Shown here piece by piece: positions 20,826 through 31,295 of a DNA stretch of 64,000 nt; within the stretch, counting starts at the first letter, position 1, and every line of letters begins with the position of its first letter. The stretch is taken from positions 35,082 to 99,081 of the forward strand of contig CACIWZ010000005.1 of assembly GCA_902590505.1 (NCBI GenBank), given 5' to 3'. This DNA is from an uncultured Pelagibacteraceae bacterium. Its GTDB lineage: Bacteria > Pseudomonadota > Alphaproteobacteria > Pelagibacterales > Pelagibacteraceae. The notes beneath the pieces are model-generated. The model had not been told where the DNA came from. It did not search any database and saw nothing but the letters and a program-made list of their open reading frames with translations. The position numbers and the translations under genes were made by a program.

Positions 20826-22080
20826 AAAAAAAGTTGCACTAATTGACTGTAATTCATTTTACGTTTCATGCGAAAGATTATTCAACCCTAAAATACAAAA
20901 TGTGCCAGTTGTTGTGCTATCAAATAATGACGGATGTGTAATATCGAGATCTACTGAAGCAAAAAAACTTGGAATAAGAATGGGAGAACCATATTTTAAA
21001 GTTAAAGACTTAGTTAAAAAGAATAACGTTCAGATATTTTCTTCAAACTATGCGTTGTATGGAGACCTTTCTAGACGAGTGATGAAAGTTTTAAAAGGCT
21101 TCACTGACAAAATTGAAATCTACTCTATAGATGAAGCATTTTTAGATTTATCACATATAAAGGATGAGAAAGTTGAGGAATATGGAAAACAAATAAGAGA
21201 AAGAGTTTTAAAATGGACAGGAATACCAACAAGTGTAGGAATTTCAAATACAAAAACTTTAAGTAAAGTTGCAAATCATGTAGCTAAAAAAAATAAAGCA
21301 GGAGTAATATTTCTAAAAGAAAACATTGATAACATATTAAAAAATTTTGATATTGCAGATGTGTGGGGAGTAGGGAAACAATTATCAAAACTATATATTA
21401 AAAACGGAATAAACAATGCTTACGAATTGAAAAATATTTCAAATACATGGGTTAAAAAAAGCACAAATGTTCTAGGCGCAAAAACAGTAATGGAATTAAG
21501 AGGTATTTCTTGTATAGATTTAGAAACTGAAGAGAGCAGAAGAAAAAGCTGTTGTGTATCAAGATCATTTGGAAAAAAGGTCGAAAGCTTAGATAAATTA
21601 AAAGAGTCTATAACTACTCATTGCTTAAACGCAGCAGAAAAAATAAGAACAGAGAAACAAACTACAAGAGCTGTTACGATATTTATAAGAACAAGTCCAT
21701 TTGATAAAAATAGAAAATATTATTCAAATTCTATTACTATCGAGTTACCAGTAGCAACTAATAACAGTATAGAACTTGTAAAAACAGCTATTAGTGGACT
21801 TAAGAAGATTTACAAATATGGTTATTTCTATCAAAAAGCCGGAATAATTTTATCAAAACTTAGAGATGCTTCTGAAAAAGAGTTAAATTTATTAGCGCCA
21901 ATTTTAGAGAATAAATCAAAACCATTAATGAGAGCTATTGATTTTACTAATGCCAAATACGGTCGCAATGCAATTAGCATAGCACAAGCTGGTATAACTA
22001 ATGATTGGAAAATGAGAAGAGAACATTCTTCTAAAATTGATACTGCTTCATTTGACTTCCTGCCTAAAATAAATATATAA
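20803..22080 (+). CDS. umuC: Y-family DNA polymerase V subunit UmuC
   Basis: [32 protein letters not shown]-terminal WKMRRE. Confidence 0.95.
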   Translation: MSYTNSSKKKVALIDCNSFYVSCERLFNPKIQNVPVVVLSNNDGCVISRSTEAKKLGIRMGEPYFKVKDLVKKNNVQIFSSNYALYGDLSRRVMKVLKGFTDKIEIYSIDEAFLDLSHIKDEKVEEYGKQIRERVLKWTGIPTSVGISNTKTLSKVANHVAKKNKAGVIFLKENIDNILKNFDIADVWGVGKQLSKLYIKNGINNAYELKNISNTWVKKSTNVLGAKTVMELRGISCIDLETEESRRKSCCVSRSFGKKVESLDKLKESITTHCLNAAEKIRTEKQTTRAVTIFIRTSPFDKNRKYYSNSITIELPVATNNSIELVKTAISGLKKIYKYGYFYQKAGIILSKLRDASEKELNLLAPILENKSKPLMRAIDFTNAKYGRNAISIAQAGITNDWKMRREHSSKIDTASFDFLPKINI

Positions 22081-22085
22081 CTTGA

Positions 22086-22150
22086 ATAAGGGGTGTCTAA
22101 AAGACTGAGATCATACCCGAAGAACCTGGCCGGTAATTCAGTAAGGGAAA
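22086..22150 (+). ncRNA. TPP riboswitch-like aptamer (minimal, variant)
   Basis: GGGGTG...CTGAGA.....TACCC....GAACCTG...TAAT....AGGGAA core lies directly upstream of a sodium:solute symporter. Confidence 0.8.
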
Positions 22151-23602
22151 ATGGAAAAAATATACTTATCTTCAACAATAACATTAATTATAACTCTAAT
22201 AGTAGGAGCTTTTTTTATAGTTTTAGGCCATATAAATTTAAAAAAAGTACCAGATAATAAAAGCCACATAGTTGGAGATAGAAATGAAAGTATTTTTTCA
22301 TTAACAACAAGTTTATCAGCATCAGCTTTGGGAGCTTGGATATTATTTGGACCAGCTTCAGCAGCAACTTGGGGAGGAATAGGAGCAGTAATAGGTTATG
22401 CAGCAGGCACTGCTGCACCAATGTTATTTTTATTTAATTTTGGACCGAAAATTAGGAAGGAATTTCCAAAAGGACTGTCTTTAACTGAGTTTATAAAAAG
22501 AAGATTTGGTATTGGGATTTTAAAGATGACATTGATCCTAATTCTATTTTATTTAACTATTTTTTTAATTGCTGAGGTAACTGCAATAGCCTTTTTGATA
22601 AATTTGATTTCAAGAACTCCTTTATGGATATCCGCTGGATTAACGTTAGTAATATGTCTTTTGTATATTTTAAGAGGTGGATTTAAACTTTCAATTATTA
22701 CAGATAAATATCAATTTATTATAATCTTATTTATAATATTGTTTTCTATGTCCTTGATTTTAGGGAATTTAGAAATAACTAGTTTTGATTTAATTAAACA
22801 AAATTCTCCAAATCTTTTGAGTAAGAATTATATTCCAAATTATACAGCAGGATTGACTTTTTTTATAGCTGTTGCCGCAACTAACTTATTTCATCAAGGT
22901 AATTGGCAACGTGTATTTGCTGCAAAAAATAATTTAATTTTAAAAAAAAGCTTAATTTATTCATCAATTTTTTCTTTTTTGATTGTTTTGTGGATGGGTT
23001 ACACAGGTCTCATATCCTTTTCAATTGACCCCAAAATAATCCCAGATTTGGCTTTTTTTAACTTAGTATTTTTAAACAATAGTTTTTTTATTATTGTTTC
23101 TATTTTAATTTTAGCTCTTGCCTTAACATTAAGTACAATTGATACTTTGATTAACGCTATATCAAGCTTGATAATTATTGAAGGAAAGGAAATTAATAAA
23201 TTTTTAAGCGGAAGAGAAATAAAAGGTAAAACCAACAAACTTATTTTATTATTATCTATTTTAGTCTTTATTTTAGCTTCTAAAGGTTACAGTATTTTAT
23301 ATTTATTTTTATTTGCAGATCTTTTGTGTTGTGCGGCAGTTGTCACAATATTCTATGGCTTTTTTAATAAAAAGATTAATACAAAGTTATCTTTTATATC
23401 AATAATTTTTGGTTTAATTTCTGGTTTATTATTTTTTCCAAGTCAGAATTTTCAATCTAGTCTTTTAGTTGGTAAACTTCTATCAGTAGAAAACTTTAAT
23501 CCAATAATTTTATCTAACTTATTGTTCATTTCCTTTATTGTAGCTCTCTTAGTTCCTTTTATAATCATTACTTTTTACTCTTTACGTAATTCGTTAAGAT
23601 AA
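22151..23602 (+). CDS. thiV: Sodium:solute symporter, ThiV-like thiamin-precursor (HMP) transporter
   Basis: SSS-type membrane protein (ASALGAWILFGP, SIITD, WQRVFAA, STIDT) under a TPP-riboswitch-like leader. Confidence 0.75.
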   Translation: MEKIYLSSTITLIITLIVGAFFIVLGHINLKKVPDNKSHIVGDRNESIFSLTTSLSASALGAWILFGPASAATWGGIGAVIGYAAGTAAPMLFLFNFGPKIRKEFPKGLSLTEFIKRRFGIGILKMTLILILFYLTIFLIAEVTAIAFLINLISRTPLWISAGLTLVICLLYILRGGFKLSIITDKYQFIIILFIILFSMSLILGNLEITSFDLIKQNSPNLLSKNYIPNYTAGLTFFIAVAATNLFHQGNWQRVFAAKNNLILKKSLIYSSIFSFLIVLWMGYTGLISFSIDPKIIPDLAFFNLVFLNNSFFIIVSILILALALTLSTIDTLINAISSLIIIEGKEINKFLSGREIKGKTNKLILLLSILVFILASKGYSILYLFLFADLLCCAAVVTIFYGFFNKKINTKLSFISIIFGLISGLLFFPSQNFQSSLLVGKLLSVENFNPIILSNLLFISFIVALLVPFIIITFYSLRNSLR

Positions 23603-24447
23603 ATAGATACAGCTATCCATATTATTACAAATCCAAAAAACTTTTCTAAAGTTAATATTTCATCAAAATAAGTAATACCCAGTAAGAATTGGGAGGTTGG
23701 AGTCAAAAATAAAATCATGCTTGCTGGACCAATGCCAATAATTTTAAAACCTAATGTATATAAAAATAGTGGTACTAAAGTCATAAAACCAGACCAAAAT
23801 AAATAAAAAGCTAGAAGAGGTTCTTCATGGGAAAAAACATTCATATTTAGGTTAATTAAATATATGAAAATTCCAATAGCTATTGGAGAAATTAACAAAG
23901 TTTCTATCAATAGGCCGATATCAGATGAAACTTTGGTTTTTTTTCTTATTAAACCATAGATACTAAAAGTTATTGCAACTGTTAGACCAATCCAAGGTAA
24001 CTCACCTAACTTAAATAAAAAATACAATAAAGAGATAACAACTAGTATTATTGCGATGAGTTGATTTCTATTAAGTTTTTCTTGCAAAAAAACTCTTCCC
24101 AAAAAAACACTTATTATAGGATAAATATAGTAGCCTAAACTTGAGTCTAACAATCTATTTACACTAACAGCGTAAAGCCATGTTCCCCAATTAATGCTTA
24201 CCAATAAACCAGATAAAAATAAAAGATAAAGATTTTTTGTATTTTTGAAAATATTTGTAAATTCTCGCCATTTTTTGAAAAAAGTAGTAGTTAAAATTAA
24301 AAGAATTGCAGTCCAAATAGTACGATGGATTGTTAATTCTATGAATGAAGCAAAAGATACAAATTTAAAAAAAATAGTACCTATTACACCCCACCAAAGC
24401 GAAGCAAAAGCAGCATAAAAGATTCCTGATAATTGTTTATTTTTCAT
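23575..24447 (-). CDS. rarD: EamA/DMT transporter RarD
   Basis: INWGTWLYAV, SLGYYIYP, YGLIRK, ETLL. Confidence 0.85.
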   Translation of the reverse strand: MKNKQLSGIFYAAFASLWWGVIGTIFFKFVSFASFIELTIHRTIWTAILLILTTTFFKKWREFTNIFKNTKNLYLLFLSGLLVSINWGTWLYAVSVNRLLDSSLGYYIYPIISVFLGRVFLQEKLNRNQLIAIILVVISLLYFLFKLGELPWIGLTVAITFSIYGLIRKKTKVSSDIGLLIETLLISPIAIGIFIYLINLNMNVFSHEEPLLAFYLFWSGFMTLVPLFLYTLGFKIIGIGPASMILFLTPTSQFLLGITYFDEILTLEKFFGFVIIWIAVSIYLNELRKE

Positions 24448-24518
24448 TTTTGGAAATAAATTTAACTTTACATAAACTGATAGTAAAAAAACAATGATCC
24501 TATATAAATAATTTAGTT

Positions 24519-24725
24519 ATGAAAAATAAAAATTACGGTATTTTAAATCTCAGAATAATAGACAATATCATAGAAAAAAAGAGATTTGAAATGCTAAAAA
24601 TTTTACAAAAATATATTAATACTAGCCAAATAAATAGTTTCTTAGATATTGGAACAACAGAGGATGCTGAATTATTGAGTATTTTTATTAAAAAAATTCT
24701 TAATGAGTTGAATATAAGACAATAA
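24519..24725 (+). pseudogene. Probable truncated SAM-methyltransferase fragment
   Basis: 68 aa ORF ending about 20 aa after a motif-I-like SFLDIGTT; followed by AT-rich non-coding DNA before tRNA-Ser. Confidence 0.45.
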
Positions 24726-24792
24726 ATTATATTATTAAATATACACTTAATCTATTTGTGTTTCAGTTATTTTATTATAATAATATGCAAAC

Positions 24793-24887
24793 GGTGAGAT
24801 GGGTGAGTTGGTTTAAACCAGGAGTTTGCTAAACTTCCGTAGTATTTAACTATGCTACCGAGGGTTCGAATCCCTCTCTCACCGCCA
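24793..24887 (+). tRNA. tRNA-Ser(GCT)
   Basis: Acceptor GGTGAGA/TCTCACC, anticodon loop TTGCTAA, long variable arm, GGTTCGAATCC, encoded CCA. Confidence 0.97.
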
Positions 24888-24888
24888 A

Positions 24889-27126
24889 TTAATTAAAATA
24901 GCTATCTATTTGGACTGGTTCTTTTCTCAAAATATATTTATAGACATTTATATTCTCAAGAACCCTTTGAACATAATTCCTTGTCTCTTCAAACCTTATT
25001 TGTTCAATCCAATTGATATATGAAATCTGACCTTTAGAGGGATCGCCATTTACTCTCCTCCAAGTTTTAACTCTATTCGGACCAGCATTATATGCTGCGA
25101 TAGCAAAAGGGAAAACACCATTATAATCTTCTAAAAGACCATTAAAGTAATATGAGCCAAGTTTTATATTGTATTCTGGATCTTGAGTAAGTCTGCTAAT
25201 ACTGTAGGGAAGTTTTGCTTGCTTAGCTACAATTTTCGCTGTGTACTTCATCAATTGCATCATTCCTCTTGCTCCAGCCCAACTATTTGCTTTCCTATCA
25301 AATTCACTCTCTTGTCTTATAATTGCAAGAACTATTTCTTGCTTTGGCATCTCTTTCTTGTTTACTACTTTAGGAGTAGCAATAACCGGGTAATTATACT
25401 TATTATAAAATCTTTTTTCATAAGATGCTTTTTTTGAAATTTGAATAGCAAAATCATATCTTTCGACAGAAGTTGATAAATCCGCTGCTAATACTTCACT
25501 TCCTCTTTCTATATTTAATTGAGCCAAATGTTTCAAAATATCTTTAGCATATTGGCTTGCGTTTAATTCATGTAAAAGTATTACATGTTTTATCAATTTA
25601 TTCTTTTTAAATTCTTTTTCAAATTCTTTATCAAAAAAACTTTCATCCTTTAGTTCAAAGTTTCCACCCGGATTTATTTTATTAAAAGCTAATTGTCCAT
25701 AATAAGTCATTGGATATTTAGCAGCTTCTGTATAATATCTATTAGCGGCTTCTTTTTCATTTAAACTGGAATAAGACTCTCCCAGCCAAAAAGCTCCTCT
25801 TGCTAAACTAATAGGGTATCCAACATTATTATAAAAATTTTGAAAATGGTTAATTGCATATTCTGGAGATTTAAGAAATGTTAAAGCTATCCAACCAGAA
25901 AGCCATTCGGCTTCAGCAAATGAAGGCCCTGATGACAATGAGTGTTCACTTGAGATTTTATAAGCGGTCTTATATCTTTTTTTATATATCAGACTTCTTG
26001 TAACACTCTCTCTTTGTTCCCACCACTTATCAGGTCTTACCATTTGAGTTTCTGTTTTATTTGCATTTTGATATAAAATTTCAAGGGAGCCATCTAATCT
26101 TCCTCTACGATTTCGCCACCGAAGTCTGTCAAATTCTAAACCAGGATCTTTTTTGAGATACTGAGGAACCTTAGCAATAGCGTTATCTACTCCATAAGAA
26201 TTGCTCATTAATATTTGCCTAGCATTATATAATGCTCTTTGATCTGTAGGCAAATATTTTAACATTCTCTTAAGATCCCAATATTTTCTTTCCCAAGCTA
26301 AATAATCGGCTCTTTTGATATGATCATCTGAGTTTAAAAACTTTTTGAATTTTGCTCTATAATATCCTAAATCATTCTTTCTTATCTCAGCTGTTCTCCA
26401 ACCATCTTTGACTAATTTCTTTACCTCATCTAGTTTTCCTTGTTCTAAATAAGCTTCAGCTAATTTTATCTTACCTAATCCACCTAAAGGAGGGTATTTT
26501 TCAAACCAATTAATAATAGAAGTAGGCGAGTTATTTCTTAAGTATATCTTTTCCTCAGCAAGGTATCTTATTCTATTAATTCTTGGATAATAATCATTTT
26601 GTTCAATAAATTTTTTATATTCATTAAAAGAGGCTCCGTTTCTGGTTGTTTTAAGATGCATCCATGTAATAAGCTTTCTGAATTCACTATCTTTTACTTT
26701 CTGAGCACTTTTTAAAGCGCTATTCCATTTTTTTTCTTTAATAAATTTGATTGTTTCTTTAGCCTTTTCAAAATCTTTTTTATTAAGAACTTTAGAAGAC
26801 GCTACTTCTTTCGAAGAAACTTTGTAAGTAATTGGTTTCTTTTTGGGAAAAACAAAAGCTGAAGAAATTATTTTTTCAGTTGATTTTGTTACTTGTTTCT
26901 CAACTGTTGTTTTTTCTATTTTTTGAGCATTTTTCTCACTATTTTTATTTTCAATTCTTGGCTTTGGAATAGGTAAATTTTTACTTATTACTTCATTAAT
27001 TTGTTTTTCAGATTTTTTAAAAATTGATGGTTTTTTTTGAGGAAGTAAGAAATTATTTTCTGAATAAACCACATTAATATTCAAAAAAGTTAATAAAAAT
27101 ACTAGACTAATTAATCTATTAAGCAT
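24889..27126 (-). CDS. slt: Soluble lytic murein transglycosylase (Slt-like)
   Basis: AIIRQESEF, GARGMMQLM, AAYNAGP, ETRNYVQRV. Start moved to ATG 27126, which gives a signal peptide and avoids overlap with dapA. Confidence 0.92.
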   Translation of the reverse strand: MLNRLISLVFLLTFLNINVVYSENNFLLPQKKPSIFKKSEKQINEVISKNLPIPKPRIENKNSEKNAQKIEKTTVEKQVTKSTEKIISSAFVFPKKKPITYKVSSKEVASSKVLNKKDFEKAKETIKFIKEKKWNSALKSAQKVKDSEFRKLITWMHLKTTRNGASFNEYKKFIEQNDYYPRINRIRYLAEEKIYLRNNSPTSIINWFEKYPPLGGLGKIKLAEAYLEQGKLDEVKKLVKDGWRTAEIRKNDLGYYRAKFKKFLNSDDHIKRADYLAWERKYWDLKRMLKYLPTDQRALYNARQILMSNSYGVDNAIAKVPQYLKKDPGLEFDRLRWRNRRGRLDGSLEILYQNANKTETQMVRPDKWWEQRESVTRSLIYKKRYKTAYKISSEHSLSSGPSFAEAEWLSGWIALTFLKSPEYAINHFQNFYNNVGYPISLARGAFWLGESYSSLNEKEAANRYYTEAAKYPMTYYGQLAFNKINPGGNFELKDESFFDKEFEKEFKKNKLIKHVILLHELNASQYAKDILKHLAQLNIERGSEVLAADLSTSVERYDFAIQISKKASYEKRFYNKYNYPVIATPKVVNKKEMPKQEIVLAIIRQESEFDRKANSWAGARGMMQLMKYTAKIVAKQAKLPYSISRLTQDPEYNIKLGSYYFNGLLEDYNGVFPFAIAAYNAGPNRVKTWRRVNGDPSKGQISYINWIEQIRFEETRNYVQRVLENINVYKYILRKEPVQIDSYFN

Positions 27127-27157
27127 AAATTCAAGAATAACTACCTTATAATGTCTT

Positions 27158-28027
27158 ATGCTTAAAGGATCAATTGTTGCATTAATTACCCCATTTAAAA
27201 ATGACAGTCTTGATGAAGACACCTATAGAAAATTAATTGATTATCACTTAAAAAACGGTACTAACGGAGTAGTTCCTGGTGGCACCACAGGAGAGTCACC
27301 CACTTTATCTCATAGTGAACATAAAAAAATTATTCAAATTGCCGTTAAAGAGTGCAAAGGTAAAATACCTATAATTGCTGGAACAGGCTCAAATTCAACA
27401 GATGAAGCTATTGATTTGTCTAGATATGCTGAAAAGGCTGGATCTGACGCTCTATTAGTTGTTACGCCATATTATAATAAACCAACACAAGAAGGATTAT
27501 ACCAACATTATAAAAAAATTAATGATAATGTTGGGATACCAATTATAATTTATAATATACCCTCAAGATCAGTAATAGACATGTCTGTTGAAACAATGTC
27601 AAAATTATATGAATTAAAAAATATAGTTGGCGTTAAAGATGCTACTGGAGATTTAAAAAGGGTAGACTCACAATTAAAGTCAATGGGGAAAGAATTTATA
27701 CAATTAACTGGTAATGATGATAACGCACTAGAATTTAATAAACGGGGTGGGGTAGGTGCAATCGGTGTTACTGCAAATATTGCAGCCAAACTATCTTCTG
27801 ATTTTCAAAAAGCGTGTAAAAATGATATGGCTGAAGCAGTTAAATTAGATAAAATTCTTCAACCTTTGCATTCATCTCTTTTTATTGAAAGCAATCCGTC
27901 GCCTGTTAAATATGCAGCATCATTACTCAAAATGTGCAGTCCAAGTGTGCGATTGCCCTTAGTAGAAATAAGAGACGAAACAAAGAAAAAAGTTTCCGAC
28001 GCTCTTAAATCAGCTAAGTTACTTTAA
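27158..28027 (+). CDS. dapA: 4-hydroxy-tetrahydrodipicolinate synthase
   Basis: [37 protein letters not shown]. Confidence 0.97.
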   Translation: MLKGSIVALITPFKNDSLDEDTYRKLIDYHLKNGTNGVVPGGTTGESPTLSHSEHKKIIQIAVKECKGKIPIIAGTGSNSTDEAIDLSRYAEKAGSDALLVVTPYYNKPTQEGLYQHYKKINDNVGIPIIIYNIPSRSVIDMSVETMSKLYELKNIVGVKDATGDLKRVDSQLKSMGKEFIQLTGNDDNALEFNKRGGVGAIGVTANIAAKLSSDFQKACKNDMAEAVKLDKILQPLHSSLFIESNPSPVKYAASLLKMCSPSVRLPLVEIRDETKKKVSDALKSAKLL

Positions 28028-28500
28028 TGAAACAAAAAATATTATCTGGACAAAAAATCATTTGTTTAAATAGAAAGGCAAGTTTTAATTATTTTTTTTT
28101 AGAAAAGATTGAAGCAGGAATTACTCTTAAAGGATCTGAAGTGAAATCTTTAAGAGATGGCAAAGGAAGTATAGCTGACTCATATGCAATAGATAATAAC
28201 GGTGAATTATTTTTAATTAATTCACACATTCCATTATATAGGCAATCATCTTACAATAATCATAATCCAAAACAGGAAAGAAAACTTTTATTAAAAAGAA
28301 AAGAAATCAACAAATTAATCGGCCGTATAAATCAAGACGGACTTACTATTATTCCAACAAAATTATATTTTACAAAAGGAAAAGTTAAAGTCGAAATAGC
28401 AGTTGCAAAAGGAAAAAAACTTTATGATAAGAGACAAGTAAAAAAAACTAGGGATTGGAATAGAGAAAAAGCTAGGTTATTAAGTAAAAACAATAAATGA
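28027..28500 (+). CDS. smpB: SsrA-binding protein
   Basis: [33 protein letters not shown]. Confidence 0.97.
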   Translation: MKQKILSGQKIICLNRKASFNYFFLEKIEAGITLKGSEVKSLRDGKGSIADSYAIDNNGELFLINSHIPLYRQSSYNNHNPKQERKLLLKRKEINKLIGRINQDGLTIIPTKLYFTKGKVKVEIAVAKGKKLYDKRQVKKTRDWNREKARLLSKNNK

Positions 28501-29012
28501 TACATATTAATATCGGGTCTAATCTTGAGTCTATTCACGGCTCTAAAATGGATAACATATCTATAGCTATTAATCTTTTGCAAGAGGCTAAAGTTAGAAT
28601 TATAGAGATTTCAAATTTCTATGAAACACCATCTTATCCAAATACAAATTTCCCAAAATTTATAAATATTGGAGTATTAGTTAATTTCGAAAAAGATTAT
28701 ACAGAGTTTTTTAGAATTACTAATTTGATAGAAAAAAAAATAGGTAGAATAAAAACTCCAAAAAATCATCCAAGGATAATTGATATAGATATAATTGATT
28801 TTAAAGGTTTTATTAAAAATACCAAAAAATTTATTTTACCTCATCCAAAAACTCATTTAAGAAATTTCGTTTTATATCCAATTTATCAAATTGATCCCAA
28901 ATGGTCACATCCAATATTAAAGAAAAACGCGGGATTTTTGATTAATAAATTAAGTCAAAAGTCTAGGATAGAGATTACAAGGTTGAAGAAAAATGTTAAT
29001 ATTCAAATATGA
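28497..29012 (+). CDS. folK: 2-amino-4-hydroxy-6-hydroxymethyldihydropteridine diphosphokinase
   Basis: [24 protein letters not shown]. Confidence 0.93.
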   Translation: MIHINIGSNLESIHGSKMDNISIAINLLQEAKVRIIEISNFYETPSYPNTNFPKFINIGVLVNFEKDYTEFFRITNLIEKKIGRIKTPKNHPRIIDIDIIDFKGFIKNTKKFILPHPKTHLRNFVLYPIYQIDPKWSHPILKKNAGFLINKLSQKSRIEITRLKKNVNIQI

Positions 29013-30757
29013 TTAATAATAATGAATTAATTGATCAAATAAAATCATACAACAAGTTTTTAAATTCCGATTCATTAAATAAAGCATACAATTTTGCATT
29101 AGAGGCACATCAAAATCAAAAAAGGGACGAGGGTGTCCCTTATATTATTCATCCATTAGCTGTAGCAAAAATATTAACTGAGTTAAAATTAGACAGCGCT
29201 ACAATTACCACTGGTCTTCTTCACGATACTATTGAGGACACAAATGTAACATATGAAACTGTTAAAAAAGAATTCGGTGAAGAAGTTGCCAACCTTGTTG
29301 AAGGGGTAACAAAAATATCTGCATTGGAGGACCAAGCATCAGATGACTCAAAAGCAGAAAACTTTAGAAAATTAATCTTAGCTACTTCAAAAGACATTAG
29401 AGTTTTATTAGTAAAGTTGGCTGACAGATTACATAATATGCGAACAATTCAATTTGTTAAAGATAAAGAAAAAATTATAAGAAAAGCAAAAGAAACTATG
29501 GAAATATACGCTCCGTTGGCTGACCGAATGGGTATGAATAGAATTCGTGATGAACTAGAAGATCTTTCATTTTCTGTCTTAAATAAACCAGCTAGAGATC
29601 TAATTTTAGAGAGACTAAATTTTATAAAAAATAATAAAAATGATACTTTTAAAGATATTTCACATGAACTAATAGAGATTTTGGAAAGCAACGGTATTAC
29701 TGCAACAATTACTGGACGAGAAAAAACTCCTTTTTCAATTTGGAGAAAAATTCAAAATAAGAAAATATCGCTTGAACAATTAACTGATATTATAGGGTTC
29801 AGAGTAATAGTTAAAAGTGTTGAGGAATGTTATAAAACATTAGGAATTTTTCATAGCAGATTTTCTACGATCCCTGGAAAATTTAAAGATTATATCTCAA
29901 CGCCAAAAATAAATAACTATAAATCAATTCATACAGCTGTTGTTGGTCCAAAAAAAAATAGAATAGAAATTCAAATTAGAACTCATGAAATGCACGAATT
30001 TGCTCAAAGAGGTATTGCATCACATTGGAAATATAAATCGTCAGAAAAATTTTCAGAACTTTCTTGGAAAGAGTATGATTGGTTGCGAGATTTGGTAGAA
30101 ATCATTGAAGCGGGTACAAGCCCAGAACATTATTATGAGTTTACAAAATTACAAATGTTCCAAGAGAATGTTTTTTGTTTCACTCCAAAAGGAGCTGTGA
30201 TTAAATTACCAAAAAATGCAACACCTATAGATTTTGCTTACGCTGTTCATACAAAAATCGGAAATAGCGCGATTGGATGTACCGTTAACGGAAGATTTTC
30301 TACTCTACAAACTATTTTAAAAAATGGAGATTTAGTTAGCATAGAAACTTCAAAAAATGCGTCCCCATCTCTTCACTGGCTATCATCATCAGCTACCGGT
30401 AAAGCTCGATCTGCCATAAGAAGATATTGGCAAGATAAATCAACTGAAAGTCTCAAAACTAAAGAAAAAAATTACTCAAGCACTATAGAGGTAGACTTAC
30501 CACACAAACCCGGTGTTTTGGGGCACATAACGTCTTTAATTGGTCTTAATAAAGGAAATATAGTCAATTTAGAAATTATTAAAAGAAATAAAGAACATCT
30601 TACCTTTTCGTTCGATTTGCAAATTAAAGATTTGAAAAATTTTACAAACTTGATAAGTCAAATAAAGCAAAGTAATTTAAGATTTAAGATAATTCGACAC
30701 AAACAGAAAAAAAATGCTTTCATTAGAAGAATCTTTGAAAATTTTAAAAGAAACTAA
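29009..30757 (+). CDS. spoT: Bifunctional (p)ppGpp synthetase/hydrolase (Rel/SpoT)
   Basis: HD domain (PYIIHP, LLHDTIED), KLADRLHNMRT, KDYI..PK.N.YKSIHT, TGS (TPIDFAYAVHT), ACT-like tail. Confidence 0.95.
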   Translation: MINNNELIDQIKSYNKFLNSDSLNKAYNFALEAHQNQKRDEGVPYIIHPLAVAKILTELKLDSATITTGLLHDTIEDTNVTYETVKKEFGEEVANLVEGVTKISALEDQASDDSKAENFRKLILATSKDIRVLLVKLADRLHNMRTIQFVKDKEKIIRKAKETMEIYAPLADRMGMNRIRDELEDLSFSVLNKPARDLILERLNFIKNNKNDTFKDISHELIEILESNGITATITGREKTPFSIWRKIQNKKISLEQLTDIIGFRVIVKSVEECYKTLGIFHSRFSTIPGKFKDYISTPKINNYKSIHTAVVGPKKNRIEIQIRTHEMHEFAQRGIASHWKYKSSEKFSELSWKEYDWLRDLVEIIEAGTSPEHYYEFTKLQMFQENVFCFTPKGAVIKLPKNATPIDFAYAVHTKIGNSAIGCTVNGRFSTLQTILKNGDLVSIETSKNASPSLHWLSSSATGKARSAIRRYWQDKSTESLKTKEKNYSSTIEVDLPHKPGVLGHITSLIGLNKGNIVNLEIIKRNKEHLTFSFDLQIKDLKNFTNLISQIKQSNLRFKIIRHKQKKNAFIRRIFENFKRN

Positions 30758-31295
30758 TGCGCTCTTAGAAGGACATTTTATCTTATCCTCTGGATTGCAT
30801 AGTCCACAATACGTCCAATGTGCAAAACTTATGAGCAAACCAGAGAAAGCTCATAAAATTTGTGCATCATTATCTGAAAAAATAATTAATGAATTCAAAG
30901 ATTTTGATTTAGTTTTATCACCTGCGATTGGCGGTATTGTAATTGGTTATGAAATTGGAAGGTTGTTGAAGAAAGAGACAATTTTTTCAGAAAGAGTTGA
31001 CGGAAAATTTGTGTTAAGAAGAGATTTTCTTATAAAAAAAAATCAAAGAGTAATAGTTGTTGAAGATGTAATAACAACAGGAAAATCTAGTTTAGAGTGT
31101 TCAAATATAATTCAAAAAATGGGTGGCAAAATTGTTGGATATGCTTGTATTATTGATAGATCGAATGGTGAATCTTTAATTAAAGATAAAATTGTATCTC
31201 AAGTACAATTAAGTATACCAACATATACTAAAGAAAATTTGCCCAAAGAGCTAAAAGGAATGGATGCAATAAAACCCGGAAGTAGAAATCTCTAA
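30714..31295 (+). CDS. pyrE: Orotate phosphoribosyltransferase
   Basis: GHFILSSGLHS, VVEDVITTGKS, KPGSR. Confidence 0.95.
   Translation: MLSLEESLKILKETNALLEGHFILSSGLHSPQYVQCAKLMSKPEKAHKICASLSEKIINEFKDFDLVLSPAIGGIVIGYEIGRLLKKETIFSERVDGKFVLRRDFLIKKNQRVIVVEDVITTGKSSLECSNIIQKMGGKIVGYACIIDRSNGESLIKDKIVSQVQLSIPTYTKENLPKELKGMDAIKPGSRNL

Noticed and set aside
27127-27222. N-terminal extension of slt overlapping dapA
   Set aside because: ATG 27126 gives a proper signal peptide and leaves a short divergent intergenic gap.
28027-28500. tmRNA gene next to smpB
   Set aside because: smpB overlaps both neighbours, leaving no room, and no ssrA-like sequence was seen.
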